From: an uncultured Acidimicrobiales bacterium
Lineage (GTDB): Bacteria; Actinomycetota; Acidimicrobiia; Acidimicrobiales; SZUA-35
Length of the DNA: 64,000 nucleotides
Reading direction: 5' to 3'
Assembly: GCA_937922785.1 (NCBI GenBank)
Contig: CALAJQ010000016.1
Location: 158,003 to 222,002, forward strand
Below, piece after piece: positions 26,867-36,386 of this stretch. The position numbers and the translations under genes are program-made. Every line of letters starts with the position of its first letter. Positions within the stretch are counted from its first letter, which is position 1. A model generated the notes under the pieces. The model was not told the origin of the DNA. It saw only the letters and a list, made by a program, of their open reading frames with translations, and searched no databases.

Positions 26867-28096
26867 CTAGTGGTGCTCTTGTACGATTGAGGAGTCAGCA
26901 TCTGCTATCGATCCAACCCCAGACAACGCCATGGTGTGCTCCAAACCGGTTTGAAAGAAGTTCAAAAGGTGGTCAACTCCCTGCTCGCCGCCAGCGGCCA
27001 AGGCATACAGGTGGGGCCTGCCAATCATGCAAGCGTTGGCACCAAGTGCCACAGCCTTAAGGACGTCGCTGCCGCGCCTTACGCCCCCGTCGCAATAGAT
27101 CTCGGTTTGTCCGCCAACAGCGTCAGCAACCGGGGCAACCAGGTCGATGATCGCTGGAGAAGCGTCAAGTTGGCGGCCGCCGTGGTTGGACAGAGCGATC
27201 GCCTCGATGCCCTCGCTTGCAGCGATCTTCGCATCCGCGACTGACTGTATGCCCTTCAGGATTACGGGTCCGCCCCATTCCGAGCGCAGCCACGCAACAT
27301 CGTCCCAGGAAAGCCTTGGATCGAACTGTGAGTTGATGTATTCGGCCAGCGTTACCGCCGACGATCCATCGGCAGTGCCGTTCGAGAGCCGCTCTGTGCT
27401 GACGGCCACATTTGAAAACACGATTGGGTCAGAGCGAAGAAAGTCCCAAACCCACTCGGGCCTCAGCGCACCTTCGATGAAGGTGTCGAGTCCGAGCTTG
27501 GGTGGCAGCGTCATACCCCGACGAACATCGCGTTCGCGGCGGCCAAGAACTGCAGTGTCAACTGTGATGTAGAGGGCTTCGAAGCCGCTTTCCTTGCAGC
27601 GAGCCAGCATGTCTTTGGTCAGTTCCCGATCGCGCCAGACATAAACCTGGAACCACTTACGACCGTCGCTTACTTGGGTGATCTCCTCGATGGAGCGGGT
27701 ACCCATCGTTGAAAGCGAGAACGGGATGCCCGCCTTCGCGGCGGCCTTTGCCGTTGCTAGCTCTCCATCGGGGTGCGCAATTCGCGGAAAGCCGGTTGGC
27801 GCAATGATCAAGGGCATGGGTGCCTTGTGGCCAAGAATTGTGGTGGAGGCATCGATGCTTGAAACGTCGCGCAGCACACGTGGCACGAGGTTGCGGTCGG
27901 AGAATCTGCTGGCGTTGCGGCCCATTGCTGACTCGTCTTCGGCGGCTCCGTCGATGTAGTCAAAGACTCCGGCTGGCAGCCGCCTCTTGGCGATGGCTCG
28001 TAGGTCATCCACGTTTGCTGCCGATTGCAAGCGTCTTGCTACTCGGTCCCGCTCGATTGGTTTTAGGCGTACGACCGACCTCAACGACTCCAACAT
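26867..28096 (-). CDS. FMN-dependent alpha-hydroxy acid dehydrogenase/oxidase (L-lactate dehydrogenase-like)
   Basis: SNHGGRQLD, GGVRRGSDVLKA and GRPHLYALA motifs of the LldD/glycolate oxidase family. Confidence 0.88.
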   Translation of the reverse strand: MLESLRSVVRLKPIERDRVARRLQSAANVDDLRAIAKRRLPAGVFDYIDGAAEDESAMGRNASRFSDRNLVPRVLRDVSSIDASTTILGHKAPMPLIIAPTGFPRIAHPDGELATAKAAAKAGIPFSLSTMGTRSIEEITQVSDGRKWFQVYVWRDRELTKDMLARCKESGFEALYITVDTAVLGRRERDVRRGMTLPPKLGLDTFIEGALRPEWVWDFLRSDPIVFSNVAVSTERLSNGTADGSSAVTLAEYINSQFDPRLSWDDVAWLRSEWGGPVILKGIQSVADAKIAASEGIEAIALSNHGGRQLDASPAIIDLVAPVADAVGGQTEIYCDGGVRRGSDVLKAVALGANACMIGRPHLYALAAGGEQGVDHLLNFFQTGLEHTMALSGVGSIADADSSIVQEHH

Positions 28097-28162
28097 GGAG
28101 CCAATCTAGCGCTGGTCCTTAGGTGACGATTCTCCGGTGACATTCCGACCTAAATTTGATCT

Positions 28163-29416
28163 GTGCCAAGACTCGCCCGACCTGCTTCCTTTGTTTCGGC
28201 CCTAGTCAGCGCTGGACTTCTCCTGGCAGCCTGCGCCTCGCCGTCCGATTCCTCCGATCAAGCCTCAACTACGGCTGTGCCCGACAGCACCACGAGTCTT
28301 GCGATCTCGACCACGGTGCCTCCCACCACAGAACCTCAGAGCACTGAACCAGTAACAACATCGGTAACAACAACAGAGCCGGTGGTAGAGATTGAGGCAC
28401 CCGAACCGATCGAGATTCTAGACATGCGTCCTGGGATGTTCCTGGAGAGTGCGGTTATGGGTGACCGCCTGGTGCTGTTCGGGGCCGATGCAAAAGGTGG
28501 CGGCGGGGTATTCTGGGCAACTGATCAGCCCTTCGAATCGGCGATCAACATCTATGACTTGGTTGACCCAGACATTGACCCGGGTTCGATCCACCAGATG
28601 GTCTATCTCGATGGCCGCTATTACGGGTTCCCGATATGGGCTGAGGCAGAAGACAAACTCTCGCCAACCATGTATGTGTCAAGCGATGGAAGCACTTGGG
28701 AGAAGACCAACTTTGGTTCGATTACCAAGCAAGCAAGCCTGCGGCTAACCCCAGACCAGCCATCAGCGGCAGGAGGGGCAGGCGTCGCTACCGCGATAGT
28801 TGTTAACGGCCAGATCGAAGCCACGGGCTGGATAACCGAAAACGATCTGCGGGTCCCAGTGCTGTGGGTTGGCGACGGAACTAATTGGGTTCAGACATAT
28901 CTTCCAACTGTTGAGGGCGCTACCCAAGGTGGCTACCTTGCTTCATCGAAGTTGGGGCGTTTGGCCAGTCTGGAAGGACCCACGTATTTCGGGTTTGGCA
29001 CTTTCGTACAGATGTCGGGTGGGCAATGGCAGACCGTTCCCCACACCCTCGATGCAGACGGCAGCGAGGCTTTCACCCGGTATCTGGGTGCAAGCGACAC
29101 TGCGTTTTATCACCTTGAGTTCATGCACACAGGCGACAGGATCTTAACTACCAGTGTCGATGGAATCGCCTGGACCGAATTGCCTCTGCCAGAACAGCTT
29201 CCCGACTTGCCGGGAATCCATGTGAGCCCCAATAACAAACTGGTCTCCTGGAACCGGAGTCTGCTGTCTGAAGAAGAAGGCAGCGCCATGGTTTGGTCAA
29301 AGTCTGAAGACGGCTGGACCCCAACTACCTACCACGGCAGCACGGTGTTGCTGGTCACTGATGATCACATTGTTACTTCAAGTGACAGCCAGATCTATAT
29401 CTACGAGCGCAGCTAG
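28163..29416 (+). CDS. secreted lipoprotein with BNR-like repeats (hypothetical)
   Basis: Lipobox LLLAACAS and a Thr/Pro-rich linker. Repeated SxDGxxW-like motifs (SSDGSTWEK, GDGTNWVQ, SVDGIAWTE, SEDGWTP). Confidence 0.6.
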   Translation: MPRLARPASFVSALVSAGLLLAACASPSDSSDQASTTAVPDSTTSLAISTTVPPTTEPQSTEPVTTSVTTTEPVVEIEAPEPIEILDMRPGMFLESAVMGDRLVLFGADAKGGGGVFWATDQPFESAINIYDLVDPDIDPGSIHQMVYLDGRYYGFPIWAEAEDKLSPTMYVSSDGSTWEKTNFGSITKQASLRLTPDQPSAAGGAGVATAIVVNGQIEATGWITENDLRVPVLWVGDGTNWVQTYLPTVEGATQGGYLASSKLGRLASLEGPTYFGFGTFVQMSGGQWQTVPHTLDADGSEAFTRYLGASDTAFYHLEFMHTGDRILTTSVDGIAWTELPLPEQLPDLPGIHVSPNNKLVSWNRSLLSEEEGSAMVWSKSEDGWTPTTYHGSTVLLVTDDHIVTSSDSQIYIYERS

Positions 29417-30330
29417 CTCATCCAGGTGATCAGCGCAGCGGCGAGATCCTCACCGCAGTCATCTTGAATGAAGTGGCCGCCAGGTGAGAACTCTTGGTGT
29501 GGTTGGCCCGCCGCTCCTGGAACTCGTTCTATGAACTCGTGATGAAGCTGGCCAAGAACCGGATCACCAGGTGCCCACAAGGTGAGAAATGGCTTATCCC
29601 ACTTTTCCAGTACCGACCAAGCCGCCTTATTCTCAGCAACGCTGGCATGATCGGGTGTTATTGGGACGAGCGGGGGAAACTCTCGGGCGCCGGCCATGAA
29701 GGTTTCGTCTGGAAATGGAGCACGATAAGCGTCCATCTCGGCCTCAGTTAGTTCACGAGCAGTCGTGGCGCGCTGAAGGAGTGCTCCACAATCCATGAAC
29801 TTCATGTTCTGCGATGCCGCGCACCACATGTCGAATCCCTCACCGAGCGATTCGCCCACAGGTAGACCTGTGTTGCCGATAGCGACTCGATCGAACTGGC
29901 CGTCCATCTCTGCAACCAGGCGCAGGCCGATAAGGCCACCCCAGTCTTGGGCAAACAGGGTTGCGGCAGGTAGCTCAACCGCTTCGATGAATTCACGCAT
30001 CCAGGCCACATGGCCGTTGTAGGTGTAGGCCGATCTCTCGATTGGCTTGTCGGATCGACCAAATCCAATCAGGTCGGGGGCAACACAGCGATATCCGGCC
30101 TCAACCAGCGCCGGGATCATTCGGCGATAGAGGTAGCTCCAAGTCGGCTCGCCGTGTAGAAGCAGCATGACCGGCCCGTCAGCAGGCCCCACATCTACAT
30201 AAGCCATTCGTAGACCGTCAACCATCACGTAGTTGGGTTCGAAGCCAAAGTCCGAAGAAACATTGGCGAAGCGCTCATCGGGAGTCCGGACAAATTCAAC
30301 TTGGGCGGGGGTCATTCCAACATCAGACAT
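29413..30330 (-). CDS. haloalkane dehalogenase (HLD family alpha/beta hydrolase)
   Basis: LLLHGEPTWSYLYRRMIPALVEAGYRCVAPDLIGFGRSDKP and nucleophile elbow AQDWGGLIGL, which closely resemble DhlA-type dehalogenases. Confidence 0.85.
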   Translation of the reverse strand: MSDVGMTPAQVEFVRTPDERFANVSSDFGFEPNYVMVDGLRMAYVDVGPADGPVMLLLHGEPTWSYLYRRMIPALVEAGYRCVAPDLIGFGRSDKPIERSAYTYNGHVAWMREFIEAVELPAATLFAQDWGGLIGLRLVAEMDGQFDRVAIGNTGLPVGESLGEGFDMWCAASQNMKFMDCGALLQRATTARELTEAEMDAYRAPFPDETFMAGAREFPPLVPITPDHASVAENKAAWSVLEKWDKPFLTLWAPGDPVLGQLHHEFIERVPGAAGQPHQEFSPGGHFIQDDCGEDLAAALITWMS

Positions 30331-30351
30331 GCGCCACGCTAACGCAGGACG

Positions 30352-31074
30352 CTAAGAATTGGCAGTTAGGAATGCCATGATTGCGTCGTGCGCTTGAGGA
30401 ACAGCCGATGGGTCCTTCCATCGCTCAAGCAACTCTGCGTTGGGCGCCAGCTCGGCCATTTGGCGTGAAGTCCATTCTGGGTGGTAGTTGTCGTCGCCCA
30501 TCAATATCAACATCTGTGTTTGCATGGCGGCAACATCTTCTGCGGTTGCGGTTAATAGGAAGTCTCCTCCCCACATGTTCTGGATGTATGACTCGAACGC
30601 TTCAGCTGACACGTCCGGGTGGGTTGTGGCGGCGAGGTTCTGGGTGAACGGTGTTGAGATGTCCCAGAAGTCGTCCCGATTCTCGTTGTCGATGCCAACC
30701 GGCTGCAGCAAAACCGCACTCAGTACGCGCTCGGGTGCCTGCTTCATGATGTTCGCTATGTACGGTCCGCCTATGCACATGCCAAGAAAATGAGCTTGGT
30801 CGACATTGAGATGATCCAGCAGGCCAAGCTGATCGGCCATGTGATCGTTCCAGCCATGGGTAGCCGAAATTGGGCCGTAACTTCCACCCGAGTTGCGCTG
30901 GTCCATAGCAATGACGGTGAAATCTGAATGCAGCTGGTCGATTGGGTTCCACGGCGACATCGCCCACATAGAAATGTTCGAGTTCAGACCGCCAGGGGCG
31001 ATCAGTAACACCGGCGGGCCGTCACCACTTATCTCATAGTTAATGCGAACATCGTCAGTTTCGAAAAGAGCCAT
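30352..31074 (-). CDS. alpha/beta hydrolase with a Cys nucleophile elbow
   Basis: 240 aa. The elbow reads GMCIGG (G-x-C-x-G) instead of G-x-S-x-G. Candidate acid in LILMGDD and His in PQAHDAIMAFL. Confidence 0.65.
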   Translation of the reverse strand: MALFETDDVRINYEISGDGPPVLLIAPGGLNSNISMWAMSPWNPIDQLHSDFTVIAMDQRNSGGSYGPISATHGWNDHMADQLGLLDHLNVDQAHFLGMCIGGPYIANIMKQAPERVLSAVLLQPVGIDNENRDDFWDISTPFTQNLAATTHPDVSAEAFESYIQNMWGGDFLLTATAEDVAAMQTQMLILMGDDNYHPEWTSRQMAELAPNAELLERWKDPSAVPQAHDAIMAFLTANS

Positions 31075-31099
31075 GTGATCACCGTAGATTAGTTAACTG

Positions 31100-33820
31100 T
31101 CAGCCAGTGTTTCGGAGCCCAGCAGCCACACCGTTGATGCTTAGCAAAAGGGCTCGGCGAATCCGGCGGGCATTCTCGGGATCATTGCCTTCGGCCCTTG
31201 CCCGTTTCAACAATTCAACCTGGAGCACGTTGATTGGGTCCAGGTAAGCGTCTCTAACCGCAAGGGTTCGTTTCAACAGCGGTAAGTCGCTAAGCAGATC
31301 GCTGCCGGTCAACTCTCGAATCTGACTTACGGTCAGATCGTGTTCAGCCACAACGGTGTCAAAAAAGTGGTGTAGCTCGGGCCGGACCAAAGACGTCACA
31401 TAGTGCTGGGCGATGTCGATGTCTGTCTTGGACAAGGTCATCTCAACGTTGGAAATGAACGTTTTGAAGAACTGCCAGTCCTGGAACATTGCGGCAAGAT
31501 CGGATTCGTGCCCGAGCCGGCGGGCCTCTGCCAGTGCAGAGCCGACGCCGAACCAACCAGGAAGAATCTGGCGCGATTGGGTCCACCCAAAGACCCACGG
31601 GATTGCCCGGAGGTCGCTGATGCCCGACGACGAACCTGACCGTCGGGCCGGACGCGAACCAATGTTCATCTCGCCCAGTTCTTCCACAGGGGTAGAGGTG
31701 TTGAAGTACTCAACCATGTCTGGCGTTTCAAGGAACGAGCGATAGGTGAGGTAGGCCTCGTCAGACATCAAGGTCATCACTTGGTTCCAGCGTTCCATGG
31801 TGGCTGGTTCGGTACGGGCCTTCCGGTGCGACAGTGAAGCCTCGAGCACTGCAGCCACGGCGAGGTCAAGGTTGCGGTGGGCCAGTTGAGGCAGACCGTA
31901 TTTGTCGGCGATCACTTCGCCTTGCTCAGTGATCTTGACTGCACCGTTGATCACGCCCGCTGGTTGGCTGAGGATCGAAGCGTTAGTTGGTCCTCCGCCC
32001 CGGCCGATTGTTCCGCCGCGTCCGTGGAATACAACAATGGAGATCCCGGTCTCTTTCGACACCTTGGCGATCTCACGCAGGGCCTTGTGGATCTCCCACT
32101 GGGAGGTCATGATGCCGCCGTCTTTGTTCGAATCGGAATAGCCGACCATCACCTCTTGCTTGTCGCCTCGCAGCTCGACGATCCGGCGGTAGCCCTCATC
32201 AGCCAGCAGTGCCCGCAAGACCACGCCGATGCTTCGAAGGTCGCCAATTGTTTCGAACAGAGGCACAAACCCGATGCGGGCGACGTTTGCCGGCAGATCG
32301 ATTAGGCCAACATCGCGGGCCAAGACCGCTGGCGCAAGAACGTCGTCGACGCCCTCGGTCATCGAAATGATGTAGCTCTGGATGACTTCGTCGCCGGCCT
32401 CGTCCATAACGTCACGAAGTTCTCTGAACAGGTTCAGCGCTTTTGGCCCGTTGGCTCCAGCAGGTGGAGCGAAGGGTCGACGGCTTAACAGTTCTTCGGA
32501 AAGAAGCGCAGTTCGTTCCTCGCGGTTGAGGTCGCCGTAAGCGACGCCAAGAGGAGCAAAGAGTTCGGTTAGCGAAGCGTGGTGGACGTCGGTGTGCTGG
32601 CGGATGTCGAGCATGGCCAGGTGAAACCCGATCATCGCCGTCATTCGCCGGACTCGGGCCAGTCTGCCTTGGGCCAGTAGTTCGCCATGGTTGGATTCCA
32701 ACGAATCAGCCATGACTGCGAGGTCGGCGGCGAACTCCTGAGGCGATGCATATGCCCTCGGACCCGGCGGTTGCTCGGCCGTTTCCTGGAGGCGTTGGTG
32801 AATCACTGCGCATCGCAGACGGTATGGCTCGCCAGCACTGATTTTGAAGAACCGAGCCAGCACGCCGGGGAAAGCTTCAGCATCGGCTGCTAACTGTTCT
32901 GTGAGCTCGGGGCTCACCTGGCTGATGACCTGACTGACCGAAAGCTCCGATGACAGTTCTTCAACTTCTGCAATCAGTAGACGTAGAGCACGGCCCCGTT
33001 GGAAATCTAGAACGTCACGGGTGGTGTCAGGGGTGACGTTTGGGTTGCCGTCACGGTCGCCGCCAACCCAAGATCCGAACCGAATCGGCACATTGTCCGG
33101 ATTCAGACCGCCCCCGACGGGCTCCAGCGCTGCGTCAATGTCGGCTAACAGTTCTGGGACCCCTGATGCAGCGATCTCCACCAGGAAATAGAGGATCGAG
33201 CGCGCTTCATCTACCGGGTCGGGCTGTTCTCGTCGAAGCTCGTCGGTTTGCCAGATGGCGTCAATCAATTCGTCGACTCGACGATCAATTCGTGCCTGCT
33301 CAGTGGTGCCGACCGCTCGCTCGTTTCGCCGCTCAATCAGCAGCGAGATCTCAGCGAGCTTGTCCAAGATGGAACGGCGTGAGGCTTCGGTGGGGTGCGC
33401 AGTAAAGACCGGTCGCAGATCCAACGTTTGAGCAGCCTCAACGATGTCAGCGTCTGAGATCCCGGCCGTCTGCATCTTTTCGACCGTGGCCGCGAAGCGA
33501 TTCCTGTTTGCGGGAGCCTTCTCGTTCAGCTCCTCGATGCGATGAACTTGCTCGGCAGTGTTTGCCAGGTGGAAGTACACAGTAAAGGCCCGAACCAGAA
33601 GAATTGCGTCCTGAACGCTTACGTCGCCCAACAGAGAGGCAAGACTCGAACTGGAGTCATCATCACGGCGCAGGCCCCGAGCCATCGCCCTGACTTGTTC
33701 CACTCGTTCTAGCAGTTCAGGACCGTTCTGGCGCACTAGGGCATCGCCTAGTTGGCTGCCCAGGCGCCGGATATCGTTCCGGAGGGCAGAGTCGATCTCG
33801 TCGATGTAATCAGCGTTCAC
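31100..33820 (-). CDS. ppc: phosphoenolpyruvate carboxylase
   Basis: VFTAHPTE, VMVGYSDSNKDGG, FHGRGGTIGRGGGP and C-terminal ...GLRNTG. The track ORF extends to ATG 33946, but that would overlap the divergent SDR start by 12 nt and would read through a 23-nt-period DNA repeat. GTG 33820 (VNADYIDEIDSALRNDIRRLG) is the preferred start. The start remains uncertain. Confidence 0.9.
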   Translation of the reverse strand: MNADYIDEIDSALRNDIRRLGSQLGDALVRQNGPELLERVEQVRAMARGLRRDDDSSSSLASLLGDVSVQDAILLVRAFTVYFHLANTAEQVHRIEELNEKAPANRNRFAATVEKMQTAGISDADIVEAAQTLDLRPVFTAHPTEASRRSILDKLAEISLLIERRNERAVGTTEQARIDRRVDELIDAIWQTDELRREQPDPVDEARSILYFLVEIAASGVPELLADIDAALEPVGGGLNPDNVPIRFGSWVGGDRDGNPNVTPDTTRDVLDFQRGRALRLLIAEVEELSSELSVSQVISQVSPELTEQLAADAEAFPGVLARFFKISAGEPYRLRCAVIHQRLQETAEQPPGPRAYASPQEFAADLAVMADSLESNHGELLAQGRLARVRRMTAMIGFHLAMLDIRQHTDVHHASLTELFAPLGVAYGDLNREERTALLSEELLSRRPFAPPAGANGPKALNLFRELRDVMDEAGDEVIQSYIISMTEGVDDVLAPAVLARDVGLIDLPANVARIGFVPLFETIGDLRSIGVVLRALLADEGYRRIVELRGDKQEVMVGYSDSNKDGGIMTSQWEIHKALREIAKVSKETGISIVVFHGRGGTIGRGGGPTNASILSQPAGVINGAVKITEQGEVIADKYGLPQLAHRNLDLAVAAVLEASLSHRKARTEPATMERWNQVMTLMSDEAYLTYRSFLETPDMVEYFNTSTPVEELGEMNIGSRPARRSGSSSGISDLRAIPWVFGWTQSRQILPGWFGVGSALAEARRLGHESDLAAMFQDWQFFKTFISNVEMTLSKTDIDIAQHYVTSLVRPELHHFFDTVVAEHDLTVSQIRELTGSDLLSDLPLLKRTLAVRDAYLDPINVLQVELLKRARAEGNDPENARRIRRALLLSINGVAAGLRNTG

Positions 33821-33865
33821 TGAACCAAACCTATCCAGACATGCCCTGTCATGGACCGAATCCAA

Positions 33866-33906
33866 TTCCTCCGACTGAGAGTCAGTGTTTCCTCCGACTG
33901 AGAGTC
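33866..33906. repeat. perfect 18-nt direct repeat x2 (TTCCTCCGACTGAGAGTC), 23-nt period, in the ppc/SDR divergent region
   Basis: Units at 33866..33883 and 33889..33906, spacer AGTGT. Each unit contains GACTgagAGTC. On the ppc strand each unit carries GGAGGAA. Confidence 0.85.
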
Positions 33907-33934
33907 GGGGTTCCTGAACTAGTAGCTTCGCAGA

Positions 33935-34603
33935 ATGAACGGACAATCAGTCTTGATCGCAGGTGCAACAGGTGGGTTGGGATGTGCCATCGCCCGGAAT
34001 TTGGCGGCCCGAGGGGCCACACTGACGTTGGTGTCACGCCAGGCTGACAAGCTTGAAGCGTTGGACATTCCAGGTGACCGAATCGCCCTCGACTTGCGAG
34101 ACCCGGCAGCTTGCCAACAAGCGGTGGACTTTGCCCTAGGCCAAACCGGCAAGCTTGATGTTTTGGTCAACGCAGTAGGCGTTGTCGCTTTTGGTCCTGT
34201 TGATGAGTTGTCGGTTGACGCCTTAGAAGAGCTGTTTATGGTCAACACCTTTGTTCCGGTCTTACTGGCCAAGGCCGCTCTTGGTGCGATGGCGGACGGG
34301 GGAGTGATCGTCAACATTTCGGGCGTTATCGCAGAGCAAAATCTTCCGGGCATGGCCGCCTATGGAGCATCCAAGTCAGCCACCCGATCCTTCGATGAGG
34401 CTTTGACCCGTGAGGCGCGGCGCCGCAAGATCAGAGTCATCGACGCCCGGCCCCCACACACAGAAACAGGTTTGGCCACCCGGCCGGTGGAGGGCGAAGC
34501 GCCCAAAATGGGAGAAGGTCTGGCTCCTGACGCCGTTGCTGGAATCATCTGCGACGCAATCGCTGGCACCGCCAAAGATCTGCCCAGCAGCGCATTCTCT
34601 TAG
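33935..34603 (+). CDS. short-chain dehydrogenase/reductase (SDR)
   Basis: GATGGLG cofactor motif and YGASKSA (YxxxK) catalytic motif. 222 aa. Confidence 0.85.
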   Translation: MNGQSVLIAGATGGLGCAIARNLAARGATLTLVSRQADKLEALDIPGDRIALDLRDPAACQQAVDFALGQTGKLDVLVNAVGVVAFGPVDELSVDALEELFMVNTFVPVLLAKAALGAMADGGVIVNISGVIAEQNLPGMAAYGASKSATRSFDEALTREARRRKIRVIDARPPHTETGLATRPVEGEAPKMGEGLAPDAVAGIICDAIAGTAKDLPSSAFS

Positions 34604-34618
34604 GCAAAGGTGACGGTG

Positions 34619-34645
34619 CTAACACAACCCTAACGGTCTCCTAAC
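34619..34645 (+). promoter_or_regulatory. three CTAAC boxes phased at exactly 11 nt upstream of the peroxidase gene
   Basis: gCTAAC (34619), cCTAAC (34630), cCTAAC (34641). Lies 53 to 79 nt upstream of GTG 34698. Confidence 0.35.
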
Positions 34646-34697
34646 GATCGGCTCCGATAGAGCAAGCACGCTCTAAAGAAGCGACCGAAAGGAAATT

Positions 34698-36356
34698 GTG
34701 ACCAACTCACACACCAACGAACCCAAGCCCAACGAACCTAGCGAAACTTCTGGCGGTTCAGGAACATTCGAGACCCCGAGCCGACGGCGATTCTTGGCTG
34801 GCGGACTAGCGGCAGGAGCAATCCTTGGGGCTCCGACTGCCGTCGGTGCAGCTTCCCGGCGACGCCGTGACCGCGACGGACAACGTCCACCCCGACCCGA
34901 CAGATCAATCTCAACCTCGGTTGATGACGGCACTGGCTCGTTTGTGCGCATGTTTGACGGCCCACCGTTTGCCCAGCCAAGTGAACAACTGACTGTGGCA
35001 TTGATTGAGATAGGTAGGCCGGGCGGGATTATGGATGCCGGTGACCCGTTGGAAGTTGGACCAATTCGGCTGATTACCGAACCTGAGCTGAGCCCGAATA
35101 ACAGAGACAACCCAACCCACACTGCTGGCTCTACCTTTATCGGGCAGTTCTTGGACCACGACATCACCAGCGATGCTGGTTCAACTTTGGATGTTCCCCA
35201 GCCGGTTACAGCAAGTCGCAACCTCAGATCCGCTCGGTTCGACCTGGACAGTGTCTACGGCGGCGGCCCGTCAGTCTCGCCGCATCTCTATCACTCCGAT
35301 TCAAACCGCGATGGCCAGTTTCTCATTGAATCCGGTGGCCTGTTTGAAGATCTTCCCCGAGCCGCAGACGGTTCGGCAATAGTGGCCGAGGGCCGAAACG
35401 ACGAGAACCTCATCATCTCCGGTCTCCAAGTAGCTTTCCTGAAGTTCCACAACCAAGTGCTTTCCGAAGAAGTCAGAGGTCGTAGAGACCGACGAGGTTC
35501 CAGCCGTTTCGAACAAGCTCAACAGATTTGTCGGTGGCATTATCAGTGGCTAATCATGAACCAATTTCTGCCCCAGTACGTGGGCCAAGCCATGGTTGAT
35601 GACGTTCTGGCCAACGGCCGCCGTTGGTTCACCAGTGACATTGGCCGCATCCCGCTTGAGTTCCAAGGAGCCGCCTACCGTTTCGGCCACTCGATGATTA
35701 GACCGTCCTACCGAGCGAACCTCGCAGGAGACAACGGCGAACCATTCTTCGCATTTGTGTTCGACCGTGACGAGATGGGCAAAGCCGACCCGGACGACCT
35801 CACCGGCCGCGTTAGAGCACCACGGCGCTTCATCGGATGGCAGACGTTCTTCGATTTCGATGACGGCGAGGTAAAGCCGAACAAGCGCGTGGACACCTCG
35901 ATATCGACACCGATGTTCAATCTGCCAACCTCAACCATTTCCTCGCCAAGCGGTCAACCTCTAGGTCCACTTTCGCTGCCGACTCGGAACCTGTTGCGCC
36001 ATGTCACCTGGGCCCTACCGTCAGGTCAACATATTGCTAGTCAAATGAATGAGGCGGTGTTATCAGCTGGTGACCTGGCCGATATTGGCACTATCGATGC
36101 TGGTCTGGCGACGAGTACTCCGCTTTGGTTCTACATCCTGCGGGAGGCCGATGTAATCGCCGATGGTCTGCACCTGGGTCCTGTCGGTGGACGCATAGTG
36201 GCGGAGGTATTCATCGCCCTGCTTCAGAACGATCCAACCTCGTACTTAAACGCAGAACGTGCGTGGCGGCCGACGCTGGAGTCAAAGACAGGCGAGTTCA
36301 CAATGTCTGATCTCCTTACCGTTGCCGGAGTGGATCCGACATCGCGAGGTCAGTGA
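34698..36356 (+). CDS. Tat-exported heme peroxidase of the animal peroxidase-cyclooxygenase superfamily
   Basis: Twin-arginine signal SRRRFLAGGLAAGAILGAP. Distal-His motif FIGQFLDHDIT. RFGHSMIRP proximal region. Confidence 0.85.
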   Translation: MTNSHTNEPKPNEPSETSGGSGTFETPSRRRFLAGGLAAGAILGAPTAVGAASRRRRDRDGQRPPRPDRSISTSVDDGTGSFVRMFDGPPFAQPSEQLTVALIEIGRPGGIMDAGDPLEVGPIRLITEPELSPNNRDNPTHTAGSTFIGQFLDHDITSDAGSTLDVPQPVTASRNLRSARFDLDSVYGGGPSVSPHLYHSDSNRDGQFLIESGGLFEDLPRAADGSAIVAEGRNDENLIISGLQVAFLKFHNQVLSEEVRGRRDRRGSSRFEQAQQICRWHYQWLIMNQFLPQYVGQAMVDDVLANGRRWFTSDIGRIPLEFQGAAYRFGHSMIRPSYRANLAGDNGEPFFAFVFDRDEMGKADPDDLTGRVRAPRRFIGWQTFFDFDDGEVKPNKRVDTSISTPMFNLPTSTISSPSGQPLGPLSLPTRNLLRHVTWALPSGQHIASQMNEAVLSAGDLADIGTIDAGLATSTPLWFYILREADVIADGLHLGPVGGRIVAEVFIALLQNDPTSYLNAERAWRPTLESKTGEFTMSDLLTVAGVDPTSRGQ

Positions 36357-36386
36357 CCTAAGCGTTTACGTAGGCTCGGCCAGAGA

